Below are positions 50,831 through 64,000 of a stretch of DNA of 64,000 bases, one piece after another. The DNA comes from Chiloscyllium plagiosum (lineage: Eukaryota), in contig NC_057749.1 of the NCBI RefSeq assembly GCF_004010195.1, forward strand, positions 14,725,429 through 14,789,428. The letters are read 5' to 3'. Both the position numbers and the translations under genes were made by a program. Every line of letters begins with the position of its first letter. Positions within the stretch are counted from its first letter, which is position 1. The notes below the pieces were generated by a model. The model was not told the DNA's origin. It ran no database searches and saw nothing but the letters and a program-made list of their open reading frames with translations.

Positions 50831-51939
50831 CTCTTTTACTGCTTGTCCCTACTGGTCTACACTGGCTTGAAGTGTTGATTTGGAAATTCTCAGCCTCATT
50901 CTCAAACTCATCCACTATGCTCTGCCCAGATCCACAACCCTCCAACATGTCTGCTCTCCTCCAATTCTGGCCCCTTGAACATTCCTGATTCTGATCACCC
51001 TGCTCTTGGCAATCCTAATCCCTATCATTCCCACACCGTCAGTCGTTTGAGGTGCCCCCTAAAGTCTGCCTCTTTTCCATCCACCTGCCCGAATGTTTCT
51101 TCACGTGGCTTTCTCATTGATTTTGATGTGGCCATTGTGAGATCCCCTTTGAGATGTTTTACAAAGTTAACGGTGCTACGTCAATGCACATGGCTGCGAG
51201 AGTGACAGGGTGGCATTAGCGGAGCAGTCATTGTTGAACCAACCCAACGCTAACTGATGTGCAGGAGCAGAAGCAGTGGTAACATTGGTGTAATCAATAG
51301 ACATCAGAGGATCAGGTCAATTTAATGCAGGTCATAATTTCAAGCAGCATATCATGTCCTTAATTTGAAGTCTGATTAACTGCTCCCTATAAATTATGTC
51401 TTTCATTAACTTCTGTATTTTGTAATGTCTGAACTCGATGACGAGATAGGTCAGTAGTTCACAATCTCTATTATGGAAATAGCATCTCCCTCAGTAGGAT
51501 ATCATTAGTCTTTCATTGCCATGGCAACAGGCAATGTTTAACTTCAGTTGTTTAAGCCGCCCTCATGCATATTACCCAACGTGCTATTGAAGCTGTTGAG
51601 AGTCGAGCTTGTGTTGGGCTGTCAGCAAACACTGCCTCCTCCGTCCTTTCTCGGTTGAATAGTCGTTCTCCCCATTCCTTGCCCATTTTGTTTTTCAGAA
51701 GTCCTAACAATGTTTCAAGCAAGTGCAGGAAAAGTGTGATTTGCTTTTACAACACAACCCACAGTTCATTGCTCCCAGCTCTGCTTGCAGCTTGGAAGGT
51801 CAGGCTTTCTCGCAGGGTTTGGTAAGCCCAGCTTTGTTGGCCTGATTCCCCTCGATTCCCCTTCTTACCGAATGAGCTTTCACTGAAAACCACTAGTGCC
51901 TGAATATTGAGTGAGCATTGAAGTGTGAATAGCAATACA

Positions 51940-52490
51940 TAGGGTCATAGAGATGAACAGCATGGAAACAGACCCTTCGGTCCAACCCGTCCATGCCGAC
52001 CAGATATCCCAACCCAATCTAGTCCCACCTGCCAGCACCTGGCCCATATCCCTCCAAACCCTTCCTATTCATGTACCCATCCAAATGCCTCTTAAATGTT
52101 GCAATTGTACCAGCCTCCACCACTTCCTTTGGCAGCTCATTCCATACACGTACCACCATCTGAGAGAAAACGTTGCCCCTTAGGTCTCTTTTATATCTTT
52201 CCCCTCTCACCCTAAACCTATGCCCTCTAGTTCTGGACTCCCCGACCCCAGGGAAAAGACTTTGTCTCTTTATCCTATCCATGCCCTTATGATTTTATAA
52301 ACTTCAAAAGATCACCCCTCGGCTTCCGAACGTGCCGGGGAAAACAGCCCCAGCCCCTATAGCTCAAATCCTCCAACCCTGGCAACATCCTTGTAAATAT
52401 TTTCTGAACCCTTTCAAGTTTCACAACATCTTTCCGATAGGAAGAAGACCAGAATTGCACATAGTATTCCAACAGTGGCCTAACCAATTT
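51940..52490 (-). mobile_element. CR1/HER1-type LINE 3' fragment
   Basis: VRPLLEYYVQFWS..YRKDVVKLERVQK; RTRGHRFRVRGERYKRDLRGNVFSQ. Confidence 0.92.
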
Positions 52491-52496
52491 GTTACA

Positions 52497-52818
52497 TGGG
52501 CGGTTTGGTGGTTAGCACTGCTGCCTCACAGCGCCAGGGACTTGAGTTTGATTCCAGCCTCGGGGTGACTATCTGCGTGGAGTTTGCACATTCTCCCTGC
52601 GTCTCCTCCAGGTGCTCTGGTTTCCTCCCACAATCCATAGATGTGCAGGTTAGGGTGGATTGGGCAATGCTAAATTGCCCATTGTGCCCAGTGATGTGCA
52701 AGCTAGGTGGGTTAGCCATGGGAAATGCAAAGTTACAGGGATAGGGAAGTGGGATTGGATCTGGGTAAGATGCTCTTTGGATCTGTGTGGACTGAATGGC
52801 CTGCTTCTACACTGTAGG
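52497..52818 (+). mobile_element. HE1-type V-SINE
   Basis: gtggttagcactgctgcctcacagcgccaggga head and V-domain. Confidence 0.85.
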
Positions 52819-54835
52819 AGCGGAGGACCAAATCAGCATTGGCACCCTGCTGTGCCGAGGCATCATTTCAATGTAATGTTAAACTATGGCCGCTCCAGTG
52901 TCTGCAAACATTCCCCTGGTACCAGTGAGAAGGAGAGCAGAGAGAAGTACTCCATGGTCACTGTGTAATACTGAACCCTGTCAGTAATAATCTTGCATAC
53001 ACAAAACCAACAGAAATTTCATCCCTGGTTTTATAAAACCTTCTGATATTCCTTTGCAATCAGTAATGTAAGAGTGATGCACACCGACTGGATTTGAATG
53101 CTGAATGTTTAGAATGAATGCTGTGAATTTTTTTGTTGTCCTTTGTGAGGTGTGGCCATTTCTGACCCATCCCTAACTGCCCAGAGAGCAGCTGAGAGTC
53201 AACTACATTGCTATAGGTCTGGAGTTACATGGAGGCCAGACCAGGGAAGATGTTCTTCCCTAAAGGATATTAGTGAACCAACAATTAGCAATGTTTTCTT
53301 GATTATCCTTAGACTTTTAATTCCAGAATTTTGAGACTGGTACGATTACAACATTTAAAGGCATCTGGATGGGTATATGAATAGGAAGGGTTTAGAGGGA
53401 TATGGGCCAAGTGCTGGAAAATGGGGCCAGATTAATTTAGGATATTTGATTGGCATGGATGATTTGGAGCAAAGGATCTGTTTCTGCACTGTACATCTCA
53501 ACGACTCTATTTTTATACAATTTAAATTCCACCATCTGCCGCAGTGGGATTTGAACCTGGTTCCCCAGAATGTTACCTGGGGTTAATTGTCTAGCGATGA
53601 TACCACTAGGCCTTAGCCTCCCTTGTGCAACGCTGTCTTGGTATCTTGCGGTGCGTGAATTGGTGGTTACGTTTCATTCCATTCAAGAATGACCAAACTT
53701 CATTGATGGTAAAATACTTCCAGAGGCTGGCAGATGTAGTGCAAGGTGCTATCCAAATGTTAACCACAGTGCTGGTGGCCACCTTTTTGAGGAAATGCTG
53801 TCCTGAGTGGGGTAAGAGATGTCAGCCAGTGCCCATGGAATTGAATCTCCCTCTCCCCAAGACAAGGACTAAGGTTAGAGAGTGAAGCAAAGCTTGTGTC
53901 TGACACTGTGGACTGTGGGGCAGAGCGTGAGTGGGAGACTTGCTCGGATCATTCTGCTCGAGATTGCTGAAATATTAATCCAAAATGCAACATCTGGGTT
54001 TTCAACTGGTCAGAAATAGCTCGCGGCTGACATCTTGGTCTGCTTCACAATTTGCCGCAAGGTGGTAAGCGGCAATAACTGGAAGAAATCTTCAATGCCA
54101 GGGTTTCCAGCACATACAAATTCAAGAGAAATTTCACCCCTGCTTATAAAACAATTACCTCCTGATATTCCTTTGTAGTCGGTAATGTAAGAGTGTGCAG
54201 GATTTTTAGAACAAGATTTCCTTTCCTGAGGTTACATTTTCAGAGAATGTTATTCTAACCAGGTAAATTCGAGAAACAAAAATAAGACCAGACGGGCAAT
54301 CTTGATGCATCTTGATCTGTCTCTGGTTTCAGGGAATTGATTCCTGCTTATTAGAATTGATAAACCTGTTTTGTGTTTTTTTTTGCATTTTTAGCTGTCT
54401 GGTTATTGGTTGCCAGGGTGACGGTGATTGCCTGTGAGCATTTGCTTGCAACAAGTGAAGAAAATCAATTTGGGGAAATGCTGATTGACAGGGCCTTTAA
54501 GCGGCTTTTAGCTCATCCAATTGAACCTTTCTCTTTCCATAGCTGCTGCTGGGTTATTACACAGTGGGATGACTTTTCTGTCTGGAAAGAGACTGGAGGT
54601 CACTCTTTGACCTAAAGGCACTGCGAGTGATGGGTTCAGCGCTGCAGCCCACCATCACTCGACAGTTTCCCCCATCTCCACTGCTGCCCTGCTCCCGATC
54701 TGCCGACCACTGCCTCAGACGGTGGGCCTCTTGACCTCTGGGTGGCCATTCTATGTTTGAACCCATATCCCCACAAATACCCTTTCACTGTGTGTTCACT
54801 ACGGAGGGATCAGAAGTGGGAATTTGCATTTTTTT

Positions 54836-55177
54836 GGGCAGCACAGCGGTTTAGTGGTTAGCACTGCTGCCTCACAGCGCCAGGGACCCAGGTTTGATTC
54901 CAACCTCAGGTGACTGTGTGAAGTTTGCACATTCTCCCCGTGTCTGCGTGGGTTTCCTCCGTGTGCTCCGGTTTCCTCCCACAGGTGTGCAGGTTAAGTG
55001 GATTTGCCATGCTAAATTGCCCGTAGTGTCCAGGGATGTGTAAGATTAGCCTTGGGCGATGCAGGGTTACAGGGATAGGGTAGGACATTGGGTCTGGGTG
55101 GGATGCTCTTCAGATGGTCGGTGTAGACTCGAGAGGCCGAATGGCCTGCTTCCACACTAGAGGGATTCTATGATTCT
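54836..55177 (+). mobile_element. HE1-type V-SINE (a partial second copy follows at ~55388-55597)
   Basis: Head, V-domain and gggattctatgattct tail. Confidence 0.87.
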
Positions 55178-57462
55178 TCCATTGCTGACAAGTTGCTGAA
55201 TCTTTTCATCTGGCATTCACTGGGGCAAATGCAAGATTGCCAAATTTGAATTGGTCACAACAACTTATACTACCGGAGAGAAGGTTCTGATTGGCTGGCA
55301 AGTAACCTCTATTTGGATGACAGGTTGCCATGGAGAAAGCAACAGCCAGCTCCCCAGAATCCTATGCAATTCAAATATGGTGGAAGGCATGGGTTTCCTC
55401 TGGGTGCTCCGGTTTCCTCCCACAGTCCGAAGATGGTGGATAGGCCATGCTAAACTGCCCAGGGATGTCCAGGTCCTGTGGGTTAGCCAGGGGAAATACA
55501 GGGATAGGGTGGGTGAGTCTGGGTGGGATGCCCATCGGAGGTTCAGTGTGGACTTGATGGGCCGAAGGGCCTGCTCCCATACTGCAGGGATTCTATAACT
55601 TATTCCTTTATTTTGCAGAGAATAGGTCACTGTTTCTTATGAACATGAATGGGCACATTGCATGATTATTAGAAATTGGTTATTAATGTAGCTATTAGCA
55701 TACTCTGGGTTGTTCAGTTAGTGCTGCTTAACCATAGAATACATTAATAAGACTCGCCTGGGCCTTTGTCCTGTGAGGTTAACCCATTGCTGACACCTTT
55801 CTGTTGATAAGCACTACCTCTCAGTCATTGATGTGAGCACTTGTGAATTGTCTCAAGATTTGTTTGGGAAGGTTATCAGGAAAACTGTGAAGGTTATATG
55901 TAGGAGCACCCGCTGTCATCTCGAGGGGAATGGGAGGGTGGGCAGTGTGAATTCGCCATGTCACACTCGAGCGTACAAACTGAAGGAACTGCCGATGTTG
56001 TAAATCAGAAGTGGACACAGAAGTTGCTGGAAAAGCTCAGCAGGTCTGGCAGCTCCTGTGAAGAGAAATCCAGTGACCGGACCCGAAACATTAATTCTGA
56101 TTTCTCTTCACAGATGCTGTCTGATCTGCTGAGCTTTTCCAGCATATTCAAGGATGAGCTCAGTGAGAGCCTCTGGTCCAATGTCACATGTTCATGACCA
56201 GCAGAGTGGATGGTCCCCTTTTCTGTCTTGTAGCTTTTCCTTGCCTTCTGCATTGTTTCTATTTAAGCAATGTACAAGAGCATGGGAAAGGCAGGAAAAT
56301 GACACTAAGTAATGGCGCTCACTTGAAGAGCTAGTGCAGACACGTTGGGCTGAATGACCTCTTTCTGCACTATAACACCTCTGTAATTCTTGAGCTGCTG
56401 CAGTCAATGTGATGGAGGGAAGGAATTCCAGGAATTTGTGTCAGTGATGGTGCAGGAGTAGTGATATGCCAACACCTTGGGTGCTTCCATTGATTAGAAA
56501 CTGAATCAGACCAATTGTCTCATCACGGTGACTCCAAGAGCAGATCTGAGACTAGGAATCCTGCAGCAAATAACTGCCACCATTTAGAAGGGCAAAACAC
56601 CACCCCCTGCACATTCCCCTCCAAGCCAATCACCATCCTGACTTGGAAATATATCACCGTTCCTTCAGCACCGCTGACTCGGAATCCTGGAACTCCTTGC
56701 CTCACGGCATTGTTTGCCAACCCATAGCAGCAATTCAAGAAGGTGGCTCACCATCACCAGGGTAACTAGGGATGGGCAATTAGGGGTAACTAGGGGTAGG
56801 CCCAGCTGGCGATGATAAATTGAAAAAAGGTCCAAGTTAAGATGGCGTGTGGCTTGGAGGTGAACCTGCAACTGGTGGTATACCTGCTGTAAATTGTGGA
56901 TCTGCTGTCCTTGGTCTTCTAGGTTGTAGGGGTCATGGATTTGGATTTGTTGTTGAAGAAGCCTTGGTGCATTACTAAAATGCATCTGGCAGGTTTGTAC
57001 AAGTATCTGGTACATCAGTGAAGACGACTGGGGGATAAATACTTGCCAGGACATTGGGTAGAACTCCCTGCACTTCCTGGAGAGGTGCTATTGCAATCCT
57101 TTCTCTCCACCTCAGGGGGGTTGGGGGGGGTGGGGTGTCGTGTCACATGGATCTTTGTTTCATGTCTCGCCTGATGGACAGCACCGCTGTCAGTGCTGCA
57201 CACCCTCAGTACTGCACCAGGACTGTCAGGGTTACTCCGGAATGGGACTTGAACCCCAAATCTTTTGCTGAATAGGATTATTTTCTACAAGCTGCCAGGC
57301 AACACTGCTTTTCAAATAGTACTGTTTCCCTGAGCTAATTAATATTTGAGGTGCTGTTGAAAGCAGAAATATTGCTGCTTGGATTTGCATTTACTATGGG
57401 CACAGACAGTGACCAAAATAGACTCCAACCATTTGAAAAGGAAATTGAATAATTGCACTTTC

Positions 57463-57788
57463 AATCATAGAGTCCTCACAGTGTGGAAACAGGCCATTCA
57501 GCCCATTGCGTCCACACTGACACTCTGAAAAACATCCCACACAGGCCCACCCTAACCCTGCATTTCCCATAGCTAGCCCGCACATCTCTGGACACGGGCA
57601 ATTTAGCATGGCCAGTCCACCTCACCTGCACATCCTTAGACTGTGGGAGGAAACCGGAGCACCCAGAGGAAATCCACACAGACACAGGGAGCAGATGCAA
57701 ACTCCACACAATTGCCTGAGGGTGGAATCGAACTGAGGTCCCTGCTGCTGTGAAGCAATAGTACTAACCGCTGAGACACTGTGCCACC
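57463..57788 (-). mobile_element. HE1-type V-SINE
   Basis: Reverse complement of the same head, V-domain and tail. Confidence 0.85.
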
Positions 57789-58632
57789 CATTTTGTTGCT
57801 TCATTGAACAGAACCTGAGAATTACTGAAAAGAGAGATTTTTCTTGAAGCTTCTTGTCTTGCACTATCAGGATAGTTGCAAGAATGCCAAATATCGATGG
57901 GAGGAACAATTTAGACCATATGATAAAAAGGGTGCTGATTGGTTGAGGTAATGCAGCAGGAAGCAATCCAACGAATCATTGTTACCAGGTCTTTGGTTTC
58001 ACTTAAAAAGGTACAGTGCTTGGACATGGTCCTCTTTTGTGCGGAGGACAGATCCCTGAGTGTGAATACACCTGGCTTTCTAGCAGGCATAAAGGAACCA
58101 CATTGAAAGACAGACTGATCTAGTAGTTAACGGGTAAACTGAGAAACAACCCTAATATGGTTGTTTATCTATTCATCCTCTGTCTGATCACCATCTTGCA
58201 GTTATGTCTGTTTGATTGTTAATTCCTTTGTCTACAGCAGAGATCTATAGTGTGAGATGGCCTGACTGCAGTCATACACTCCCGAGTTACAACATCGATT
58301 CACCAGGATTAGACCAGGATTTAGAGAGTTAAGTCACAAAAACAGGTTGCATAGATTCAGCTTATATTGCCTTCAATATAGATTATTGGAGGATAAAGCT
58401 GACTGGTGTGCTTAAAATAACTTAATGATTTGATCGTGTAGACATTGGAGGAACTGTTTCCTCTGGTGAGGGATTTGAGAGCGAGGGGCAAAATCTTAAA
58501 ATTAGATCTTAGCTGTTCAGGAACAAAATCAGGAAGCATGTTTGTATACAAAGGGCAGTGGATGTTTGGAACTCTCACTCAAAAGGCTGTCTGCTGGTGT
58601 CAGAGCAGTTTTAAGAACTGAAAAGTCACTTT

Positions 58633-58992
58633 GGGCGGTACGATGGTTTAGTGGATAGCACTGCTGCCTCACAGCACTGGGGTCACTGGTTCAATTCCAG
58701 CCTTAGGCAACTGTCTGTGTGGAGTTTGCACATTCTCTCTGTATCTGCATGGTTTTCCTCCTGGTGCTCTGATTTCCTCCCACAGTCCAAAGATGTGCAG
58801 GTTAGAGTGGATTGGCTGTTATAAATTGGTCATAGTATCCAGGGATGGTGCAGGCTAGGTGGATTAGCCATAGGAAATACAGGGTTACAGAGGCAATGTA
58901 GGAGGTTGGGTCTGGGAGGGATGCTCTTCGGAGGGTTGGTGTGAACTCGATGGGCTGAATGGCCTACTTCCACACTGCAGGCATTCTATGAG
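58633..58992 (+). mobile_element. HE1-type V-SINE
   Basis: gggcggtacgatggtttagtggatagcactgctgcctcacagc...cattctatga. Confidence 0.85.
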
Positions 58993-60794
58993 ATTGAGCT
59001 AGTGTTACCTCTAAGCCAGGAAGCCTGAGCTCAAGTCCCATCTGCTCCAGATGTGTGTAATAACATCTCTGCACAGGTTGATTGGAAGATATCTATCAGT
59101 GAATTCAGAGTTAAGACAAATAGCTGGCAATAAGGCACAGATGTGATTATAATCGACCAAATGGCACATTTCTACATTCCTGTTTGTACACATTTCCATG
59201 AACATTGCGATTATGGAATGGGCTGGAGGTTTGGAATGAACTGCTCCTGTTGGTGTGAGCAAAAGTGTTCCAGTAAATAACTCTTAGTTATTATCCATTA
59301 TTAAATAATTGAACATTGCGTGGTGGTGGTGTAGTGATCATGTGACTGGACGAGAGATCCAGGATCCCAGGTTAACATTCTGGGGATGTGTGTTCGAACC
59401 CTAACACAGCAGATGAAGGAATTAGAATTCCATAAAAACCTGGAATAAAATGCCAGCCTAATCATTGATTGTGTGTTGGTTGTTATAAATACTCAGCTGG
59501 TTCTTTGGGAAAGGAATTCTGCCATCCTTACCTGGTCTGCATGTGACTCCAGAGCCCCAGAAATGTTGTTGATTCTTTAATTGCAAAGGATAGGTAGTGT
59601 CACTGCAGCTGAGATGTTTCCCTTTGGCTGGGGAGTCTAAGACCAGAGAGCTCACCTTAAAAACTAGGGGAATATCACTCGCATCCAAGAGGAGGAGAAA
59701 TTATTTTACCCGAGTTCTGAGACCCTTTGGGAATTCTCTAGCCCAAAGGGATGGAAGCTCAGTCTTTGCGTATGTTTAGGGTACAGATGAATAGATTTCT
59801 GATTATCAGTGGCGTGCAAGGTCGTAGGAAGGGGTGACTAAGAGGCTCAATGCACTGAACCTATTCCTAAACAGGATTATTGGAAGAGGCCATTCAGCTC
59901 CTCAGGCTTATTCTGATATTCAATGAGATTACCGTTGTACTGTATATATGATACATGCTTTCAGAGGCTGCTTTCTCTTGCAACTTGGAGGGGACAATCA
60001 TTCCCAGGACTGATTTCCTTCCAAGTCCCACACCTCTCCCAGTGAAAGGGGAGGGGGGTAGGGAAGACTGATGGCACCAACTTGCTGTTGAAGGGGCTCT
60101 GCAGAGCTCATGTTAGTCCTCGAGCTATCAGCAGAAGGCAAACTGTGACTATTCACGTAATGTCCAACTGCTGCCAGCCCCTAGCTCCTGGGCTTTCCTT
60201 TTGAATTGGAGGGGGGAGCGGAGTGGGAAGAGAGACCATGGGAAGCAATGGACAGTTTGGCTGTGAGCATGTGGAGTCGGAGTGAGAACTGACTGCCCTA
60301 TTTCTCTCTGCATTTTAAGGCTTTGCTGCTTTATTCAGGAGAAACCACTTCTCTGTACGTACCTTTTGTACAATTTTAAATGGCCCTGAGCCATCTAATC
60401 TCAGGCGAATGCAGCCCCACTCCATTCAATATATTCTTCTCGATTAACCCCCTTCTGCCCTCTAGTACATGTGTGCAGCTTTCCCTTAAAGGGGCAGTAA
60501 CTTCTTCCTGAGGGGTGATGCCTAGTAATGTATCCAGTTACTTCCCCCCACCCCCCCCCACCCAATGTCTGAGGGTCCAACAGCAACAAGGAGTGATGGA
60601 GACCTAGAATCAGTCTGAGCTCATCTGGACACGGGACAAGGGCAGAGCCCCGCTATTATTTTAATCAGAAAACGATGGGGGATTGTTATACAAGGAGTAT
60701 TTCTTGTCTTTGCAAGTTCTGTTTTTCCCTCTCTTTGACATTTCTCTCAACCTCGAACTTTCTACCTATCAAGTTTTACTTCTCATCTTTAGGC

Positions 60795-61460
60795 CATTCG
60801 CTCATGGGATGTAGGTGTCTCTGGCTGGGCCAGCATTTATTGACTATTCTTAGTTGGCCTTGAGGAGATGGTGGTGATCTGTCTTGGTGAACCACTACAA
60901 TCCATGTGATGTAGGAAGGCAAGAACGCTGTTAGGGAGGAAGTTCCAGGATTTTGATCCGGTGACACTGAAGTGACAGCAGTATAGTTTCGAGACAGGAT
61001 GGTGAGTAACTTGGAGGAGAACGTACGAATGTTAGTCTTCCTCTGAATCAGCTGCCCTTACCCTTCTGAATGGGCAAGGATTTGGAAGGTCCTGTCTAAG
61101 TAGTCTTGATGCATTTGACTGTGATTAGATTTTCCCTTGTTATACATGGTCTTTACCTGATACTTGTGTGACAACAAATACTGGTTGCCACTTGGCAGCT
61201 CAAAAATGGATATTGTTCAGGTCTTCCTGCAAATGGACATGCACGTCTTCAGTATCTGAGGAGTTGTGAATGGTCCAATCATCAGCAAATATCCACACTT
61301 CTGACCTTGTGATGGAGGAAGGTCCGTCATGAAGCAGAAGATACCGAGGTTAAGACACTACCCTGAGGAACACCTGCAGCAATGTCCTGCAGCACAGATG
61401 ACTGACCTCTTAAAAACCACAACCATCTTCCTTTGTGCCAAGTGTGTTTCCAACCAGCCT
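60795..61460 (-). mobile_element. CR1/L2-group LINE fragments (second family), degenerate
   Basis: Matches 40215-41165 (ttccaggattttgatccggtgacactgaa; cttcagtatctgaggagttg). Confidence 0.75.
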
Positions 61461-62587
61461 GACTGAATTCCTATATTGTGCGAGACTGACTCACTCAGCT
61501 GTCTGGGACCAGTTTGGAGAAATGGTCTGTCCGGCCGCTGTCCCACTGACACTTGCTGGGGTTTGTGATTCTCAGAAGCATTGTCCACCCTCTGGTATCT
61601 CACCCAAGTGACTGTTACTCACGTGGGTGCCAAAGTCCTAAGTACTCGTTGGCTCTTCCTCCAATAGACTGTAACAATAAGAAGCCTAGTATTAGTAAGG
61701 ATGCCATCACCAGCAATACTCTGTACAGGACATTCTTGTGGCATTTAGTCTCCCTACCTTCAGATCAGAAGGTCCAGGTTCCAATCCCACCTGGAGATGG
61801 ACAGACTGCCCAATGAGGAGAGATTGGTTTGACTGGTCCTGTATTTGCTAGAGTTGAGAAGGATGAGAAGGGGGTCTGATTGAAGCATAAAAAATTCTAA
61901 CAGGGCTGGACAGACTAGATGCAGGGAGGATGCTTCCTCTGATTGGCGAGTCTAGAATCAGAGGTCACAGTCTTAGGATACAGGGATGGTTTGGGACTGA
62001 GATGAAGAAAGATTTCTTCAGTCAAAGGTGACTGGACTTGTGGAAAGCTGTGGAGGTTGCATCACTAAGTATGTTCAATAAACAGATGGATAAACTTTCA
62101 AATATTAAAGGCATCAAGGGGTGTGGAGAGATGATAAGATAAAGGTTCTGCCTTGATCATATTGAATGGCAGAGTAAGCTTGAAGCTTTTATGTATCGTT
62201 GACTGCAAAGCAGTTTGAGATATTAGGTTGTTGTCAAAGGTGCTACATAAATGCAAGGCACTTCAGTTTTTGTATCTGCTGCCCAGTGTTGCTCCACAGC
62301 AACACGGTTACACAACTAGGCAGCTCGGGAAGAATGTTTCACAACCCGTTTCCTTTTTCTGTATCCAAGGAGATAAAGAGCACTTGATGGATTGAATGGC
62401 AGGCATTGAATTTTTTTTTTATTTTCTGGCCCATTGAGCTGGCCCATGGCCAGCAGAAGCTGATGATATACCAGTGTTAAGTGGTGGCACGGGGCTGGCT
62501 GTGTTATTTCATGGAAATTCTCCATCTGTTCCCTTCCGATGTCGCTCTGTGCATAAACCATGAAGGGCAGTCATAACTGCACCACCA

Positions 62588-63130
62588 CTGTGTGTGTATG
62601 TGTTGGTGCGAGCAAGTGTGTGTGTGTTTGTGTGTGTTGGTGTGAGCAAGTGTGTGTGTGTGTTGGTGTGAGCATTGTGTGTGTGTTGGTGTGTGTGTGT
62701 GTGTGTGTGGGTGTGAGCGCAAGTGTGTGTGTGNNNNNNNNNNNNNNNNNNNNNNNNNNNNNNNNNNNNNNNNNNNNNNNNNNNNNNNNNNNNNNNNNNN
62801 NNNNNNNNNNNNNNNNNNNNNNNNNNNNNNNNNNNNNNNNNNNNNNNNNNNNNNNNNNNNNNNNNNNNNNNNNNNNNNNNNNNNNNNNNNNNNNNNNNNN
62901 NNNNNNNNNNNNNNNNNNNNNNNNNNNNNNNNNNNNNNNNNNNNNNNNNNTGTCTGTGTGTGAGTGTGTGAGCAGTGTGTGTGTGTGAGCAGTGTCTGTG
63001 TGTGTGTGAGAGCAATTTCTGTGTGTGAGAGCAATTCGATGTGTGTGTGTGTGTGAGAGCAATTTCTGTGTGTGTATGTGTGTGTGTTTGTGCGAGCAAG
63101 TGTGTGTGAGAGCAATTTCTGTGTGTGTGA
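62588..63130. repeat. TG-rich compound microsatellite spanning an assembly gap
   Basis: (TG)n with gagca/gagcaatttc spacers; Ns at 62734-62950. Confidence 0.95.
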
Positions 63131-63664
63131 ATGAACAAATGAGGGAAAGTGTTTGTGTGTTGTGAGGGAGTGAGAGTCAGTGAGGGAAGCCTGTTACTGA
63201 ATCGAGCAGCCTATAGCTTGAAGTCTGGGAAGGGCTTGGTCTCCTGGAGCTGATTTAAAATAAAAAATTTGATTCAGTGTTTGCACCTCTACCTAGAGTT
63301 TCCAATGCTGCAACTTCCACGACCTCAAACTCATAAGTTGAGTGCAACATCCTTTTCCACAGTTCCACTTTTGTTTTTAATGATCTATAGGTTTCCTCCA
63401 TTTAAAATGGCATGAAGGTCTTAAACATTGGTTTCTCTGGCTCATTCTATTCTCTGCAAACTCCATCTTCTCTTGGCTTCATGTCCAGGGACGTTATTCA
63501 GCCTTGGGTGGCCTGTTTGAGGGTACTAAGGTGATGTTTCAGCTCAGTTGGACTGTTCCATTGCAGCCATGGATATAAGTTAGCTGCCAACACAGGCAAG
63601 CATTCAGAGAAACCTCTGTGCATAGTTGAGGTGAATGACACAGATATGTTTAGGGCAGATGGGC

Positions 63665-63830
63665 AGAAGGCTGGAAAAACAGAGGAAGCCAGGCAGCATC
63701 TGGACTAGAGAAGGGTTATACCCGAAACATTGACTTCGGCACCTCCTGATGCTGCCTGACTTGTTGTGTTCTTCCAGCCTCCTGCTTGTCTACCTTGGAT
63801 TCCAGCATCTGCAGTATTTTTTATTGTCTC
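63665..63830 (+). mobile_element. Penelope-like fold-back remnant with a degenerate hammerhead
   Basis: ggctggaa...caggcagcatc is inverted against gatgctgcctg...ttccagcc; the centre reads gaagggttatacccgaaacattgactt. Confidence 0.6.
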
Positions 63831-64000
63831 TAAACAGATATGTTTAGTGTGGAAATCCATGACAGAGGAAGAAATTGGATTATCAGATAGGATTAAAGGA
63901 AGTCAAACAGGGAAGGACCTTGTGCAGAACATTAATGTCAGCTGTCTTACTGGAGACATATGAGGACAAGAGCAAGGAAGTGGTGAAAAATGTGCATAAG

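Noticed and set aside
62504..63138. His/Thr- and Val/Cys-rich ORFs
   Set aside because: (TG)n microsatellite plus an N gap.

Overview
Eukaryotic, repeat-rich vertebrate DNA. The repeat content (HE1-type V-SINEs, Deu-domain SINEs, CR1/HER1-type LINEs, RTE and Penelope-like fragments) points to a shark or other elasmobranch; this is an inference. The only host gene I can support is the 5' part of an SHB-family SH2 adaptor, best matching SHF, on the + strand. Coding exon 1 (11532-11924) lies in a CpG island, exon 2 is at 30929-31058, and the remaining exons including the SH2 domain are not recognisable here and probably lie beyond the window. Nearly all other ORFs in the track are LINE fragments or low-complexity artefacts. 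The most notable hidden structure is a set of minimal type I hammerhead-ribozyme motifs in three Penelope-like repeat families, with covarying stems and a 4-nt palindromic stem III (ACGT or AGCT), often in small fold-back elements. Also noted: a ~1.4 kb inverted-repeat structure that preserves an empty versus filled insertion site, a candidate alternative SHF first exon with a GC donor, and an overlapping upstream ORF. There are three assembly gaps (14398-14677, 37447-37617, 62734-62950). Repeat boundaries were read by eye and are approximate unless stated; family names come from recalled similarity, not from a database search.
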